In this document: piece by piece, positions 10,410 to 19,485 of the stretch
Numbering within the stretch: the stretch's first letter is position 1
Layout: the number at the start of each line of letters is the position of its first letter
Source: Blastocatellia bacterium
GTDB lineage: Bacteria; Acidobacteriota; Blastocatellia; UBA7656; JADIYM01
Direction: 5' to 3'
DNA length: 64,000 bases
NCBI GenBank assembly: GCA_016705245.1
Contig: JADIYM010000025.1
Coordinates: 2,577 to 66,576 of the forward strand
Notes under the pieces: generated by a model
The model's database searches: none
Seen by the model: the letters and a program-made list of their open reading frames with translations, nothing else
Told to the model about the DNA's origin: nothing
Made by a program: the position numbers and the translations under genes

Positions 10410-11762
10410 GTGCCAAACGCCGTCATGGACAAACCTCCACGCCTCGACAGCAATATCGGATACGACCCGGCCGCCGTTGCCCCGTCGCATCCATCCAACC
10501 GCACGCGAAACGTCCTGATCGCCGCTGCGCTTGGCCTCGCAATCCTGGCCACCATTTACTACTTCGGGATCCGCGGGCGAGCGGCAAGCTCTGCCGCCGC
10601 CGGGCGCGAGACCAGTGTCGTAGCACCCGTGACCGTTTCGACCACCCCCGCGGTGACGAGAGAGATCCCGTCATACGTCGAGGCCAGCGGTTCGCTGATC
10701 GCCTTCGAATCGGCCGACGTCGCGCCTCTCGTTCCCGGGAAGATCTCGGAGACACCCGTTAACGAAGGTCGATTCGTGCGGCGGGGCGATGTGCTTGCCC
10801 GGATGGACGACCGCGACGCCAAGCTGCGCGTTCAGCAGGCCGACGCAGCGGTGAAGCAGGCCGAAGCCGCCGTCAAGCAGGCGAAGGAGACCCTCGGAAT
10901 GTCGGCGGGGGCGTCGGACCCGACGCTCGTCGCCGAAGTCGAATCCGCACGCGCCACCTGGAAACTCGCCGAGGTCAACGAGCGACGGTACGCGAATCTA
11001 CTGAGTTCCGGCGATGTCTCGCAGGCTCAATATGACGAATTCAAGGCCCGCGCCGATACGGCGCGTTCGGCCTACGACGCCGCGCTCGCCAAGGCAAAGT
11101 CGGGCTGGGCCTCGATCGACGTCCAGCTGAGCGCCCTGGCATCGGCCACCGCGGCGCGAGACATCGCGCGCAAGGCGCTCGCCGACACCGTGATCGTCGC
11201 CCCGCTCGACGGATACGTCGCCGAACGCCCGACGGCCGTCGGTGAGTGGGTGACGACGTCTTCGCGGATTGTGACAATCGTGCAGAGCGACCGGCTCAAG
11301 CTGCTGCTCCAGGTCTCGGAGTCCGATGCGTCGCGCGTCACCAACGGAATGTCCGCGACGGTACGTGTCGATGCCTATCCGGACCGCGATTTCGCCGGCT
11401 CGGTCGCGACGATCATCCCGGCGCTCGACCCGGCGGCCCGTGCGCTAATCGCCGTAATCGTGGTTCCCAATAAAGAAGGCCTGCTCAAGCCCGGAATGTT
11501 CGGAACCGCCAAGGTGCTCGAATCCGCCGCCGTCGTGCGCGGCGTCGTCGTGCCGCGCGACGCGATCGTCCGAACGCCCGCCGGCGCAAGCCTCGTTTAC
11601 GTCGTCACGGGCGACCGGGCGGTCGCGCACACAGTCCAGGTCGGGCACGACATCGACGGAATGGTCCACATCGTCTCGGGCATCGACGAAGGCGTCGACG
11701 TCGTGACATCGGGCGCCGGCGCGCTGTCAGACGGCGCGGCGATCATTCCCGCGGCTCGATAG
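10410..11762 (+). CDS. Efflux RND transporter periplasmic adaptor (membrane fusion protein, HlyD/AcrA family)
   Basis: N-terminal TM segment, a coiled-coil region (QQADAAVKQAEAAVKQAKE) and a beta-barrel/lipoyl arrangement. The GTG start overlaps the TetR stop region. Confidence 0.8.
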   Translation: MPNAVMDKPPRLDSNIGYDPAAVAPSHPSNRTRNVLIAAALGLAILATIYYFGIRGRAASSAAAGRETSVVAPVTVSTTPAVTREIPSYVEASGSLIAFESADVAPLVPGKISETPVNEGRFVRRGDVLARMDDRDAKLRVQQADAAVKQAEAAVKQAKETLGMSAGASDPTLVAEVESARATWKLAEVNERRYANLLSSGDVSQAQYDEFKARADTARSAYDAALAKAKSGWASIDVQLSALASATAARDIARKALADTVIVAPLDGYVAERPTAVGEWVTTSSRIVTIVQSDRLKLLLQVSESDASRVTNGMSATVRVDAYPDRDFAGSVATIIPALDPAARALIAVIVVPNKEGLLKPGMFGTAKVLESAAVVRGVVVPRDAIVRTPAGASLVYVVTGDRAVAHTVQVGHDIDGMVHIVSGIDEGVDVVTSGAGALSDGAAIIPAAR

Positions 11763-11774
11763 GACGAACGGACT

Positions 11775-14700
11775 ATGCAAAAGCTCGCTGAACTCTGCGT
11801 CCGCAGGCCGGTCTTTGCCACGATGCTCATCGCGGCGCTCGTCGTCGTCGGCGTCTTCTCGTATGGAGCGCTGGGCGTCGACCTCTTTCCGAAAATCGAC
11901 CTTCCAACGATCACGGTCACGACCGTTAACCCCGGCGCTTCACCCCAGGAGATCGAAACCGAGGTCACGGACCGCATCGAGTCGGCCGTCAACACCATCT
12001 CGGGCATCGACGAGCTGCGCTCCACGTCCGTCGAGGGCGTCTCGCAGGTGTACATCACGTTCCTGCTCGAGAAGGACGCCGACATTGCCGCTCAGGAAGT
12101 CCGAGACAAGGTCAATCTCGTCATTCCTGATCTTCCGGAGACATCCGAGACGCCAACGGTCCAGAAATTCGACGCAGACGCTCAGCCGATAATCGCCATC
12201 GTCGTCTCGGCCGAGATGCCGATGCGCGAGCTGACGACGATCGCGGACAAGAAGCTCAAGGAGCGTCTCGAGACGGTCAACGGCGTCGGCGAGGTCCAGA
12301 TCATCGGCGGCCAGGATCGCGAGATACAGGTTCTTGCAAACCCCGACCGCCTCCGCGCCTACAAGCTATCGGTCTCGGATGTCGCGAGTGCGCTCAGGAC
12401 CCAGAACGTCGAAGTTCCGGGCGGCCGCGTCGACCTCGGTCCGAGCGAGATGACGGTGCGGACCGCCGGCCGCGTCACCGACCCGGACGACTTCAGGAAC
12501 ATAATCGTCGCCACGCGTGGTGCCTACAGCGTGAAGGTCGGCGACGTCGCCGAGGTCGTCGATGGCGCCGAGGAACAGCGGACCGTTTCAGTGCTGAACG
12601 GCGTGCCGGCGGTCACGCTCCTCGTCATCAAGCAGTCCGGCAGCAACACCGTGGCCGTTGCCGACGGCATCAAGGAGCGGCTCGCGGAAGTCTCGCCGCT
12701 GCTGCCGGCCGGCGTCACTGCCGAAGTCGTCCGCGACCAGTCGGTGTTCATCCGGGCGGCGCTCGACCGCATCAACGAACACCTGATTCTCGGCGCATTG
12801 TTTGCCGCGGCGGTCGTGTTCGTATTCTTGTGGAATTTCCGCTCGACGATCATCTCGGCGCTTGCGATCCCGACGTCGATCGTCGCCACGTTCGCGCTCA
12901 TGAACGTGATGGGCTACACGCTCAACTCAATGACGATGCTCTCGCTGACTCTGATGGTCGGTATCGTTATCGACGACGCGATCGTTGTCCTCGAGAACAT
13001 CTTCCGCTTCATCGAAGAGAAGGGGATGGAGCCGTATCAGGCAGCCATCGAGGGTACCCGCGAGATCGGCCCGGCCGTCATGGCAACGACTCTCTCGCTG
13101 CTCGCGGTTTTCATTCCCGTGGGATTCATGGCCGGCATCGTCGGCCGCTTCATGTCGAGCTTCGGCCTGACGGCTGCGTTTGCCATTGGCGTCTCGCTGC
13201 TCGTCAGTTTCACGCTGACTCCGATGCTCGCTGCGCGGTGGATCAAGCCGAACCAGGTCAAACACGGCGATCACGACTCGAAGCACTCGCGTTTCTACCA
13301 TCCGATCGAAGCGACCTACATGGTCATGCTTCGATGGTCGATGCGCCGTCGATGGGTCGTCGTGCTTGCGTGCGTGCTCGTCATCGTCAGCATCTACCCG
13401 CTGTTCACGTATGTCGGAAAGAACTTCCTGCCGTCCGACGACCAGGCACAGTTCGAAGTGACCGTTCGCGCGCCCGAGGGCTCGACCGTGACCGCCACGG
13501 CGCTCACGATGGAGCGCATCGCCCGCGAAGTGCGTGAGCTCCCTGGAGTCGAGCTGACGTTGACGACGCTTGGCGGCGGCCAGCAGCAACTCGTCAACAG
13601 CGGGACCATCTTCGTGAAACTCGTACCGATCGAGGACCGCGACCTCGACCAGTTCGCCATCATGACGAAGGCTCGCGCCCTTCTCGTCAATCATCCGCAG
13701 GACCTGCGGACGTCCGTCCAACCGGTCGCGGCGATCTCGGGCGGCGGATTCCGAAACGCAGACATCCAGTTCGTCATCGGCGGACCGGACCTGGCGAAGT
13801 TGACTGATTACTCGGACAAGCTCGTCGCGAAGCTCAAGACAATCAAGGACGTCGTCGATGCCGATACGTCGCTTGTCACCGGCAAGCCCGAGCTGCGGAT
13901 CGAGATCAATCGGCAGAAGGCCGCCGACCTCGGCGTTCGCGTCGCCGACATCGCTACGGCGCTCAACACGCTGGTCGGAGGCACCGTCGTAACGACGTTC
14001 AACGAGGGCACCGACCAGTATGAGGTCCGGTTGCGCGCCGCAAGCGAGTTCCGGGCGAACCCCGAAGAGGTCCGCCGGCTTTCGGTTCCGTCGACGCGAG
14101 GTCCCGTCGGTCTCGAGAACGTAGTGACTTACGAACGCTCGACCGGTCCGTCGGCCATCGATCGCCTGAACCGTCAGCGTCAGGTCACTCTGACGTCGAA
14201 CGTGAAGCCGGGCGGATCGCAGAGCGCTGTCATCGCCGAGCTCGAGCAATACGTCAGGGAGCTCAACATCGACTCGGGCTATTCGACCGGCCTCGCCGGA
14301 CGGGCGAAAGAGCTCGGTCGCGCCGGCTACTACTTCCTGCTCGCCATCTCGCTCTCGTTCATCTTCATGTACATGGTGCTCGCGGCGCAGTTCGAGAGCT
14401 TCATCCATCCGGTCACAATTCTGCTCACGCTGCCGCTGGCGGTGCCGTTCGGCATCGTGTCGCTGCTCGTCGCAGGCCAGACCGTGAACATCTTCTCGGG
14501 ACTCGGATTGTTGCTGCTGTTCGGCATCGTGAAGAAAAACTCGATCCTGCAGATCGACCACACCAACACGTTGCGGGATCGGGGAATGCCTCGCCTCGAG
14601 GCCATCCTGCAGGCGAACAAGGACAGGCTCCGTCCGATCCTCATGACGACGCTGGCGCTGGTCTTTGGCATGATCCCGCTCGTCGCCGGCACCGGCCCGG

Positions 14701-14900
14701 GTTCAGCGACGAACCGCAGTATCGGAGTGCTAGTGGTCGGAGGCCAGTCGTTATGCCTGCTTCTCACGCTGCTTGCAGTTCCGGTTTTCTACTCGTTGTT
14801 CGAGGACTTGCGAACGGTGCGAATCCCGGGGCGCGTCCGCGAACCAAAGTCGAGCCGGTCGTCCCTCGGTGAACCCACCGTCGATGGAGTGAGTCAATGA
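11775..14900 (+). CDS. Efflux RND transporter permease (AcrB/CzcA superfamily)
   Basis: 1041 aa with the typical 12-TM RND architecture and two large periplasmic loops. N-terminus MQKLAELCVRRPVFATMLIAALVVVG. Confidence 0.9.
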   Translation: MQKLAELCVRRPVFATMLIAALVVVGVFSYGALGVDLFPKIDLPTITVTTVNPGASPQEIETEVTDRIESAVNTISGIDELRSTSVEGVSQVYITFLLEKDADIAAQEVRDKVNLVIPDLPETSETPTVQKFDADAQPIIAIVVSAEMPMRELTTIADKKLKERLETVNGVGEVQIIGGQDREIQVLANPDRLRAYKLSVSDVASALRTQNVEVPGGRVDLGPSEMTVRTAGRVTDPDDFRNIIVATRGAYSVKVGDVAEVVDGAEEQRTVSVLNGVPAVTLLVIKQSGSNTVAVADGIKERLAEVSPLLPAGVTAEVVRDQSVFIRAALDRINEHLILGALFAAAVVFVFLWNFRSTIISALAIPTSIVATFALMNVMGYTLNSMTMLSLTLMVGIVIDDAIVVLENIFRFIEEKGMEPYQAAIEGTREIGPAVMATTLSLLAVFIPVGFMAGIVGRFMSSFGLTAAFAIGVSLLVSFTLTPMLAARWIKPNQVKHGDHDSKHSRFYHPIEATYMVMLRWSMRRRWVVVLACVLVIVSIYPLFTYVGKNFLPSDDQAQFEVTVRAPEGSTVTATALTMERIAREVRELPGVELTLTTLGGGQQQLVNSGTIFVKLVPIEDRDLDQFAIMTKARALLVNHPQDLRTSVQPVAAISGGGFRNADIQFVIGGPDLAKLTDYSDKLVAKLKTIKDVVDADTSLVTGKPELRIEINRQKAADLGVRVADIATALNTLVGGTVVTTFNEGTDQYEVRLRAASEFRANPEEVRRLSVPSTRGPVGLENVVTYERSTGPSAIDRLNRQRQVTLTSNVKPGGSQSAVIAELEQYVRELNIDSGYSTGLAGRAKELGRAGYYFLLAISLSFIFMYMVLAAQFESFIHPVTILLTLPLAVPFGIVSLLVAGQTVNIFSGLGLLLLFGIVKKNSILQIDHTNTLRDRGMPRLEAILQANKDRLRPILMTTLALVFGMIPLVAGTGPGSATNRSIGVLVVGGQSLCLLLTLLAVPVFYSLFEDLRTVRIPGRVREPKSSRSSLGEPTVDGVSQ

Positions 14901-16735
14901 AGCGCACCTTCGCTGTCACCACAACGTTGTTCGCCGTCATCGTCGCGGCCACGGCTCCGGCGGCACTCGCCCAGTCTGGAGGCCAGGCACGCCTTCCCGG
15001 CGTCACCGAATCCGCCGCAGCGGAACCGGGTGCGATTGCGACCGGGTCGTCGTCCGATCCGACGGATCCGGGCGGCTCGCAGGATCAGTCCCAGGCGCCA
15101 ATCGCGCGCGAACCCCGCATTCTGATTCCGGAGGCGCGCATCGGCGTCGACGAGAGCAACCCGCTGCCGATCGCCCTGGCGACTGCCATCGAGATGGCGC
15201 TCGTGCGCAACCGCGACCTCGAGGTCGAGCGCATCACGACCGAGCAGACACAACTGCAGGTCGACGTCGCGCGAGGAGCCTTCGACCCGCTGTTCCGTTC
15301 GACCATGCTCTACGAGAACCGGCTCGCCCCCGTGGCGAGCTCGATCGGGGGCAATCCGTCCGGCGTCACCAGGTCGCACGCCGTGAGCGCGTCGGTCGGA
15401 TTGTCGAAGCTCTTCGAATACGGCACCGTGATCGATGGCAGCTTCCAACAGGTGCGCAGCGACACCGACAACATCTTTCTGGTCATCAACCCGCAGTACC
15501 AGTCGGATCTCGTGCTGAACTTCCGTCAGCCGCTGCTCCGCAATCGCTCCACGAACGAGAGCACGCGCCGGCTGCGCGTAGCGAAGGCCCAGGTGGACCT
15601 CAGCGACTCGCTCTTCAGGCAGAAGGTCATCGATACCGTCGGAGCCGTCGAGCGCGCGTACTGGGACCTCGAGTTCGCGCTCAAGAGCGTTCAGGTCGCC
15701 CGCGACTCGGTCGGGCTCGCCGAGACGCAGATCGCCCGGCTCAAGCGACTCGTTCAGGAGGGCATCAGCGCTCCGGTCGAGATCGTCCAGGTCGAGGCCG
15801 AGCTCGAACGGCGCCGTCAGAACCTGCTCACGACGATCGAGATCGTGACGTTGACCGAGAACTCGCTCAAGTCGCTGATCCTCTCGGACCGGGCGAACAA
15901 CGAGTGGGACCGCCCGCTCGTTCCGACCGACAGCGCTCGCGTCGTCCCGGTCACGTGGACCATCGACGATGCCGTCAAGACGGCCCTCGAGAACCGGCCC
16001 GAGATCGCACAGCTTCGTACGCGCGAAGAGATCAACGAAATAGACCAGACATTCTTCCGGGGCCAGACCAGGCCGCAGGTCGACTTCATAGCGAGCTACG
16101 GATCGACGGGACTCGCGGGCACTCCTACGACAACAGTCAATCCGTTCAACTCGCAGAACCTCGCGCTCTACGGCCGCGTGAACGAGCTCTCGCTGCTTGC
16201 GGGACTCGACCCGATCGCGGCGCCGACCAGTCAGGGAGTCGCGCCGGTCCTCGTCGGCGGCTACGGCAAAAGTCTCGAGAATCTCTTTTCACAGGATTTT
16301 CGTACTGTTCGCGTGGGCATCGAGATTGGATGGAACGTGACCAACCGGATCGCCGAGGCGAACCAGGGTATTGCCGAGGCCGAGGGTCGAAAGATCGTCG
16401 CGCAGCGGCAGGCGCTCGAGCAGCGCGTCGAACGCGAAGTCCGCAACGCGTTGCAGGTCGTCCAGTCAGCGCGGCAGAAGGTCGAGGCCGCGAAGGCCGC
16501 GCGGGAGGCGTCCGAGGTGCAGTTGCAGAGCGAGCAGCGACGATTCGAAGCCGGATTGTCGACGACTTATTTCGTCCTCGAGCGCCAGAATGCGCTGTCG
16601 GAAGCCCGGGCGCGCGAGATTGCGACACTCACGGAATTCAACAAGGCGGTTTCAGAACTGCAGCGTTTCGTTGGCGTGACGCTTTCGGCCAACGCAATCG
16701 ACGTCTCTGACGTCAAGGGAGCCGCCCGCCCGTGA
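14897..16735 (+). CDS. Outer membrane efflux protein (TolC/OprM family)
   Basis: Signal peptide, tandem OEP repeats, and the start overlaps the RND stop by 4 nt. Confidence 0.8.
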   Translation: MKRTFAVTTTLFAVIVAATAPAALAQSGGQARLPGVTESAAAEPGAIATGSSSDPTDPGGSQDQSQAPIAREPRILIPEARIGVDESNPLPIALATAIEMALVRNRDLEVERITTEQTQLQVDVARGAFDPLFRSTMLYENRLAPVASSIGGNPSGVTRSHAVSASVGLSKLFEYGTVIDGSFQQVRSDTDNIFLVINPQYQSDLVLNFRQPLLRNRSTNESTRRLRVAKAQVDLSDSLFRQKVIDTVGAVERAYWDLEFALKSVQVARDSVGLAETQIARLKRLVQEGISAPVEIVQVEAELERRRQNLLTTIEIVTLTENSLKSLILSDRANNEWDRPLVPTDSARVVPVTWTIDDAVKTALENRPEIAQLRTREEINEIDQTFFRGQTRPQVDFIASYGSTGLAGTPTTTVNPFNSQNLALYGRVNELSLLAGLDPIAAPTSQGVAPVLVGGYGKSLENLFSQDFRTVRVGIEIGWNVTNRIAEANQGIAEAEGRKIVAQRQALEQRVEREVRNALQVVQSARQKVEAAKAAREASEVQLQSEQRRFEAGLSTTYFVLERQNALSEARAREIATLTEFNKAVSELQRFVGVTLSANAIDVSDVKGAARP

Positions 16736-18306
16736 GCTCTGACACGGCCACGGCGCCACGCGGTCGAACGACCGCGTCGCTGCGCATGGAATCGAACGTG
16801 CCGATGCTCCAGCTGTCGCGAAGGCAGCGGGTGCTGGTCACGCTCGGCGTCATGGTCGGCATGTTCCTCGCGGCCATGGAGTCGACCGTCGTCAGCACCG
16901 CGATGCCTACCGTAGTCGCCACGCTCGGCGGCATCGAGCGATTCAGCTGGGTCTTCTCGGGTTACCTCCTCACGGCCACGATCACGATGCCGCTGTGGGG
17001 AAAGCTGTCGGACCTATACGGCCGCCGCACGATGTACCAGATCGGGGTCGCCGTATTTCTCGTCGGCTCGTTCCTCTGCGGCGCGGCGACGACGATGAAC
17101 CAGCTGATCGCGTTTCGCGTCGTGCAGGGCATCGGCGCGGGCGCGCTCGTACCGATTGCGCTGACGATCATCGGAGAGATCTACACCGTCCGCGAGCGGA
17201 CGCGAATGCAGGGGATCTTTTCGAGCGTCTGGGGGATCGCCAGCATCATCGGACCGCTCGCCGGCGGGTACATCACCGAGGTCATCTCGTGGCGGTGGGT
17301 CTTTTTCATCAACCTGCCGTTCGGGGTCGTCGCCGCCGTCATCGTCGGAATGGCACTCTCGGAGCCCGCACGCACCAGCCGCCCCTCGATCGACATTGCC
17401 GGCGCCGTCTCGCTCACTGCTGCGATCACGCTCGTGCTCATCGGGCTGACCGAAGGCGCGCAGTTCTTCGGGTGGCTGCATCCGGCGACGATCGGCGCGT
17501 TCGTTGCGGCGACGGTACTGCTCGCCGCGTTCGTCGCAATCGAACGGAGGGCGGCGGATCCGATAGTTCCGATGGACCTGTTGCAGGACCGCGTCATTGC
17601 GATCTCGACCATCTCCGGAATCCTCGTCGGCATGGCCTTGTTCGGGACAATGGCGTTCATACCGCTGTTCGCCCAGGGCGTGCTCGGCGTATCGGCCACG
17701 ATGGCCGGTTCGGCGCTGACGCCGTTGCTGCTCTGCTGGGTGCTGGCGTCGGTCGTAGGCGGGCGGATCATGCATGCAACTGGATTGCGGACCACGGTTG
17801 CGCTGGGGCTCGGACTCGTCATGGCCGGGTTCTTCATTCTCACGACGTTCGGCAAAGGCTCCTCGATGACCTGGTTGATGGCCGACCTCGGCCTGATGGG
17901 AGCCGGAATGGGCCTCTCGGTCTTCACGCTCCTCGTCGCCACACAGGCATCGGTCGAACGCGAACGGCTCGGGATCGCGACGTCGTTGACGATGTTCGCG
18001 CGAACGATCGGAGGCTCGGTCGGAGTGTCCGTGCTCGGGTCGCTGCTTGCGTCGGGGCTCGCTTCGAGGATGGTCGCGGCCGGTGTCGCGCCGGGAACCC
18101 TCGACCCGAATCGGCTGCTCGAGCCGTCAGCTCGGGCGGCGCTCTCTCCCGAATCCGTCGAGCTCATGTCGACGGCGCTCGACGGCTCGCTCCACATCGT
18201 GTTCTGGATCGGTGCGATCGTTGCCGCTTTCGCGTTCCTGACGGCGTTTCTGCTTCCAAAGCGGCTCACGGGCGAAGTGACCCTGCGACCTGCTCCGGCC
18301 GATTGA
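16732..18306 (+). CDS. MFS drug exporter (DHA2/EmrB-QacA-like, 14 TM)
   Basis: MFS motifs (GKLSDLYGRR; RVVQGIGAGALVP) and a 4-nt overlap with the upstream gene. Confidence 0.85.
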   Translation: MSSDTATAPRGRTTASLRMESNVPMLQLSRRQRVLVTLGVMVGMFLAAMESTVVSTAMPTVVATLGGIERFSWVFSGYLLTATITMPLWGKLSDLYGRRTMYQIGVAVFLVGSFLCGAATTMNQLIAFRVVQGIGAGALVPIALTIIGEIYTVRERTRMQGIFSSVWGIASIIGPLAGGYITEVISWRWVFFINLPFGVVAAVIVGMALSEPARTSRPSIDIAGAVSLTAAITLVLIGLTEGAQFFGWLHPATIGAFVAATVLLAAFVAIERRAADPIVPMDLLQDRVIAISTISGILVGMALFGTMAFIPLFAQGVLGVSATMAGSALTPLLLCWVLASVVGGRIMHATGLRTTVALGLGLVMAGFFILTTFGKGSSMTWLMADLGLMGAGMGLSVFTLLVATQASVERERLGIATSLTMFARTIGGSVGVSVLGSLLASGLASRMVAAGVAPGTLDPNRLLEPSARAALSPESVELMSTALDGSLHIVFWIGAIVAAFAFLTAFLLPKRLTGEVTLRPAPAD

Positions 18307-18382
18307 CGGTGCCGGCGCGAGGTCTGGTAGGCTACGCGGCCGAGCCACCAGATCCCTACATGACCCGGAGTCGAACGCCTCG

Positions 18383-19318
18383 ATGAGTACGCCGTACGCC
18401 GAAACGCACGAAACCCGCCGCCTGACGACGCCCGAAGCCGACGCGATGATCGGCGTCAAGATCCCGTGTCTTGATCTCGGGTTCGTCTACCTCGTGGACT
18501 ACATGGGCGGCGACGCGTCGATTGTTCAGGCGGCGCGCGTCAGCTACGGCATCGGGACGAAGACGGTCAACGAAGACCGCGGGCTGATCCGCTACCTGAT
18601 GCGCCATCAGCACACGACGCCGTTCGAGATGGTGGAGATGAAATTCCACCTCAAGCTGCCGATCTTCGTGGCGCGACAGATGATCCGGCACCGCACCGCG
18701 AACGTGAACGAATACTCGGGCCGCTACTCGGTGATGCCCGACGAGTTCTACGTGCCGCCGGTCGAGCACGTGACGAAGCAGTCGGCGACGAATCGGCAGG
18801 GCGGCGGAGATCCCGTGACTTCCGACGAAGCCGCCGAGGTGCTCGGCATCATCGAGGGCGAGCAGAGGGCGGTGCGCGAGGGCTACGAGCGGATGCTCGA
18901 GCTCGACATCCGTCGCGAACTGGCGCGGGTGAACCTCGGCGTCGCGCAGTACACGGAATGGTACTGGAAGAACGACCTACATAACCTGTTCCGTTTCCTG
19001 ATGTTGCGGATGGACGACCACGCGCAGTACGAGATCCGCGTGTACGCCGAGGCGATGGCGAAGATCGTGAAGGCGGTCGCGCCCGTGGCGTGGGAGGCCT
19101 TCGAGGATTATGTGCTCAAGGCGCGCAAGTTCTCGGGACTCGAGATGGAGGCGCTGGAACGGCTGCTGTCGGGCGAGCGGAAAGGATGGCCGGACGAGAC
19201 CGAGATCGCGGCAGCGATGCCGGAAGTCTGGCAACAGCGAAGGTCGGACGGCGAGTTGAAGCGAAACCGCGAGCGGGATGAGTTCCTCGCGAAGCTGAGT
19301 GAGATTCGGAAGGACTGA
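18383..19318 (+). CDS. thyX: FAD-dependent thymidylate synthase ThyX
   Basis: ThyX signature RHR-x7-S (RHRTANVNEYSGRYS), with overall ThyX-like length and helical content. Confidence 0.85.
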   Translation: MSTPYAETHETRRLTTPEADAMIGVKIPCLDLGFVYLVDYMGGDASIVQAARVSYGIGTKTVNEDRGLIRYLMRHQHTTPFEMVEMKFHLKLPIFVARQMIRHRTANVNEYSGRYSVMPDEFYVPPVEHVTKQSATNRQGGGDPVTSDEAAEVLGIIEGEQRAVREGYERMLELDIRRELARVNLGVAQYTEWYWKNDLHNLFRFLMLRMDDHAQYEIRVYAEAMAKIVKAVAPVAWEAFEDYVLKARKFSGLEMEALERLLSGERKGWPDETEIAAAMPEVWQQRRSDGELKRNRERDEFLAKLSEIRKD

Positions 19319-19351
19319 GCGCGCGGGTTCGAGCCGATTGCCGTTTGTACA

Positions 19352-19468
19352 TTGCGCGAAGCGCTTTGGAGTGCGGCGTGAATCGCCGCTTTGGATTCCC
19401 CTCGACGAGTTCTTGTCCAGGGAATCCAAAGCGGCGATTCACGCCGCACTCCAAAGCGCTTCGCGCAA
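19352..19468. repeat. Palindromic repeat family P2, copy 2
   Basis: Arms nearly identical to copy 1 (gcgcgaagcgctttggagtgcggcgtgaatcgccgctttggattc ... inverted). It lies between convergent thyX (+) and 19486..21252 (-). Confidence 0.85.
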
Positions 19469-19485
19469 GGGTCGGAATTGAGCCC

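Noticed and set aside
12927-14561. 544-aa minus-strand ORF rich in Arg/Asp/Glu/His
   Set aside because: It is antisense to the strongly supported RND permease gene. The composition is typical of the non-coding strand in a high-GC genome.
16995-18386. 463-aa + strand ORF overlapping the MFS transporter in another frame, and antisense ORFs 17014..17775 and 17181..18269
   Set aside because: The MFS reading frame (16732..18306) shows canonical MFS motifs. The alternatives are Arg/Asp/His-rich frame shadows.
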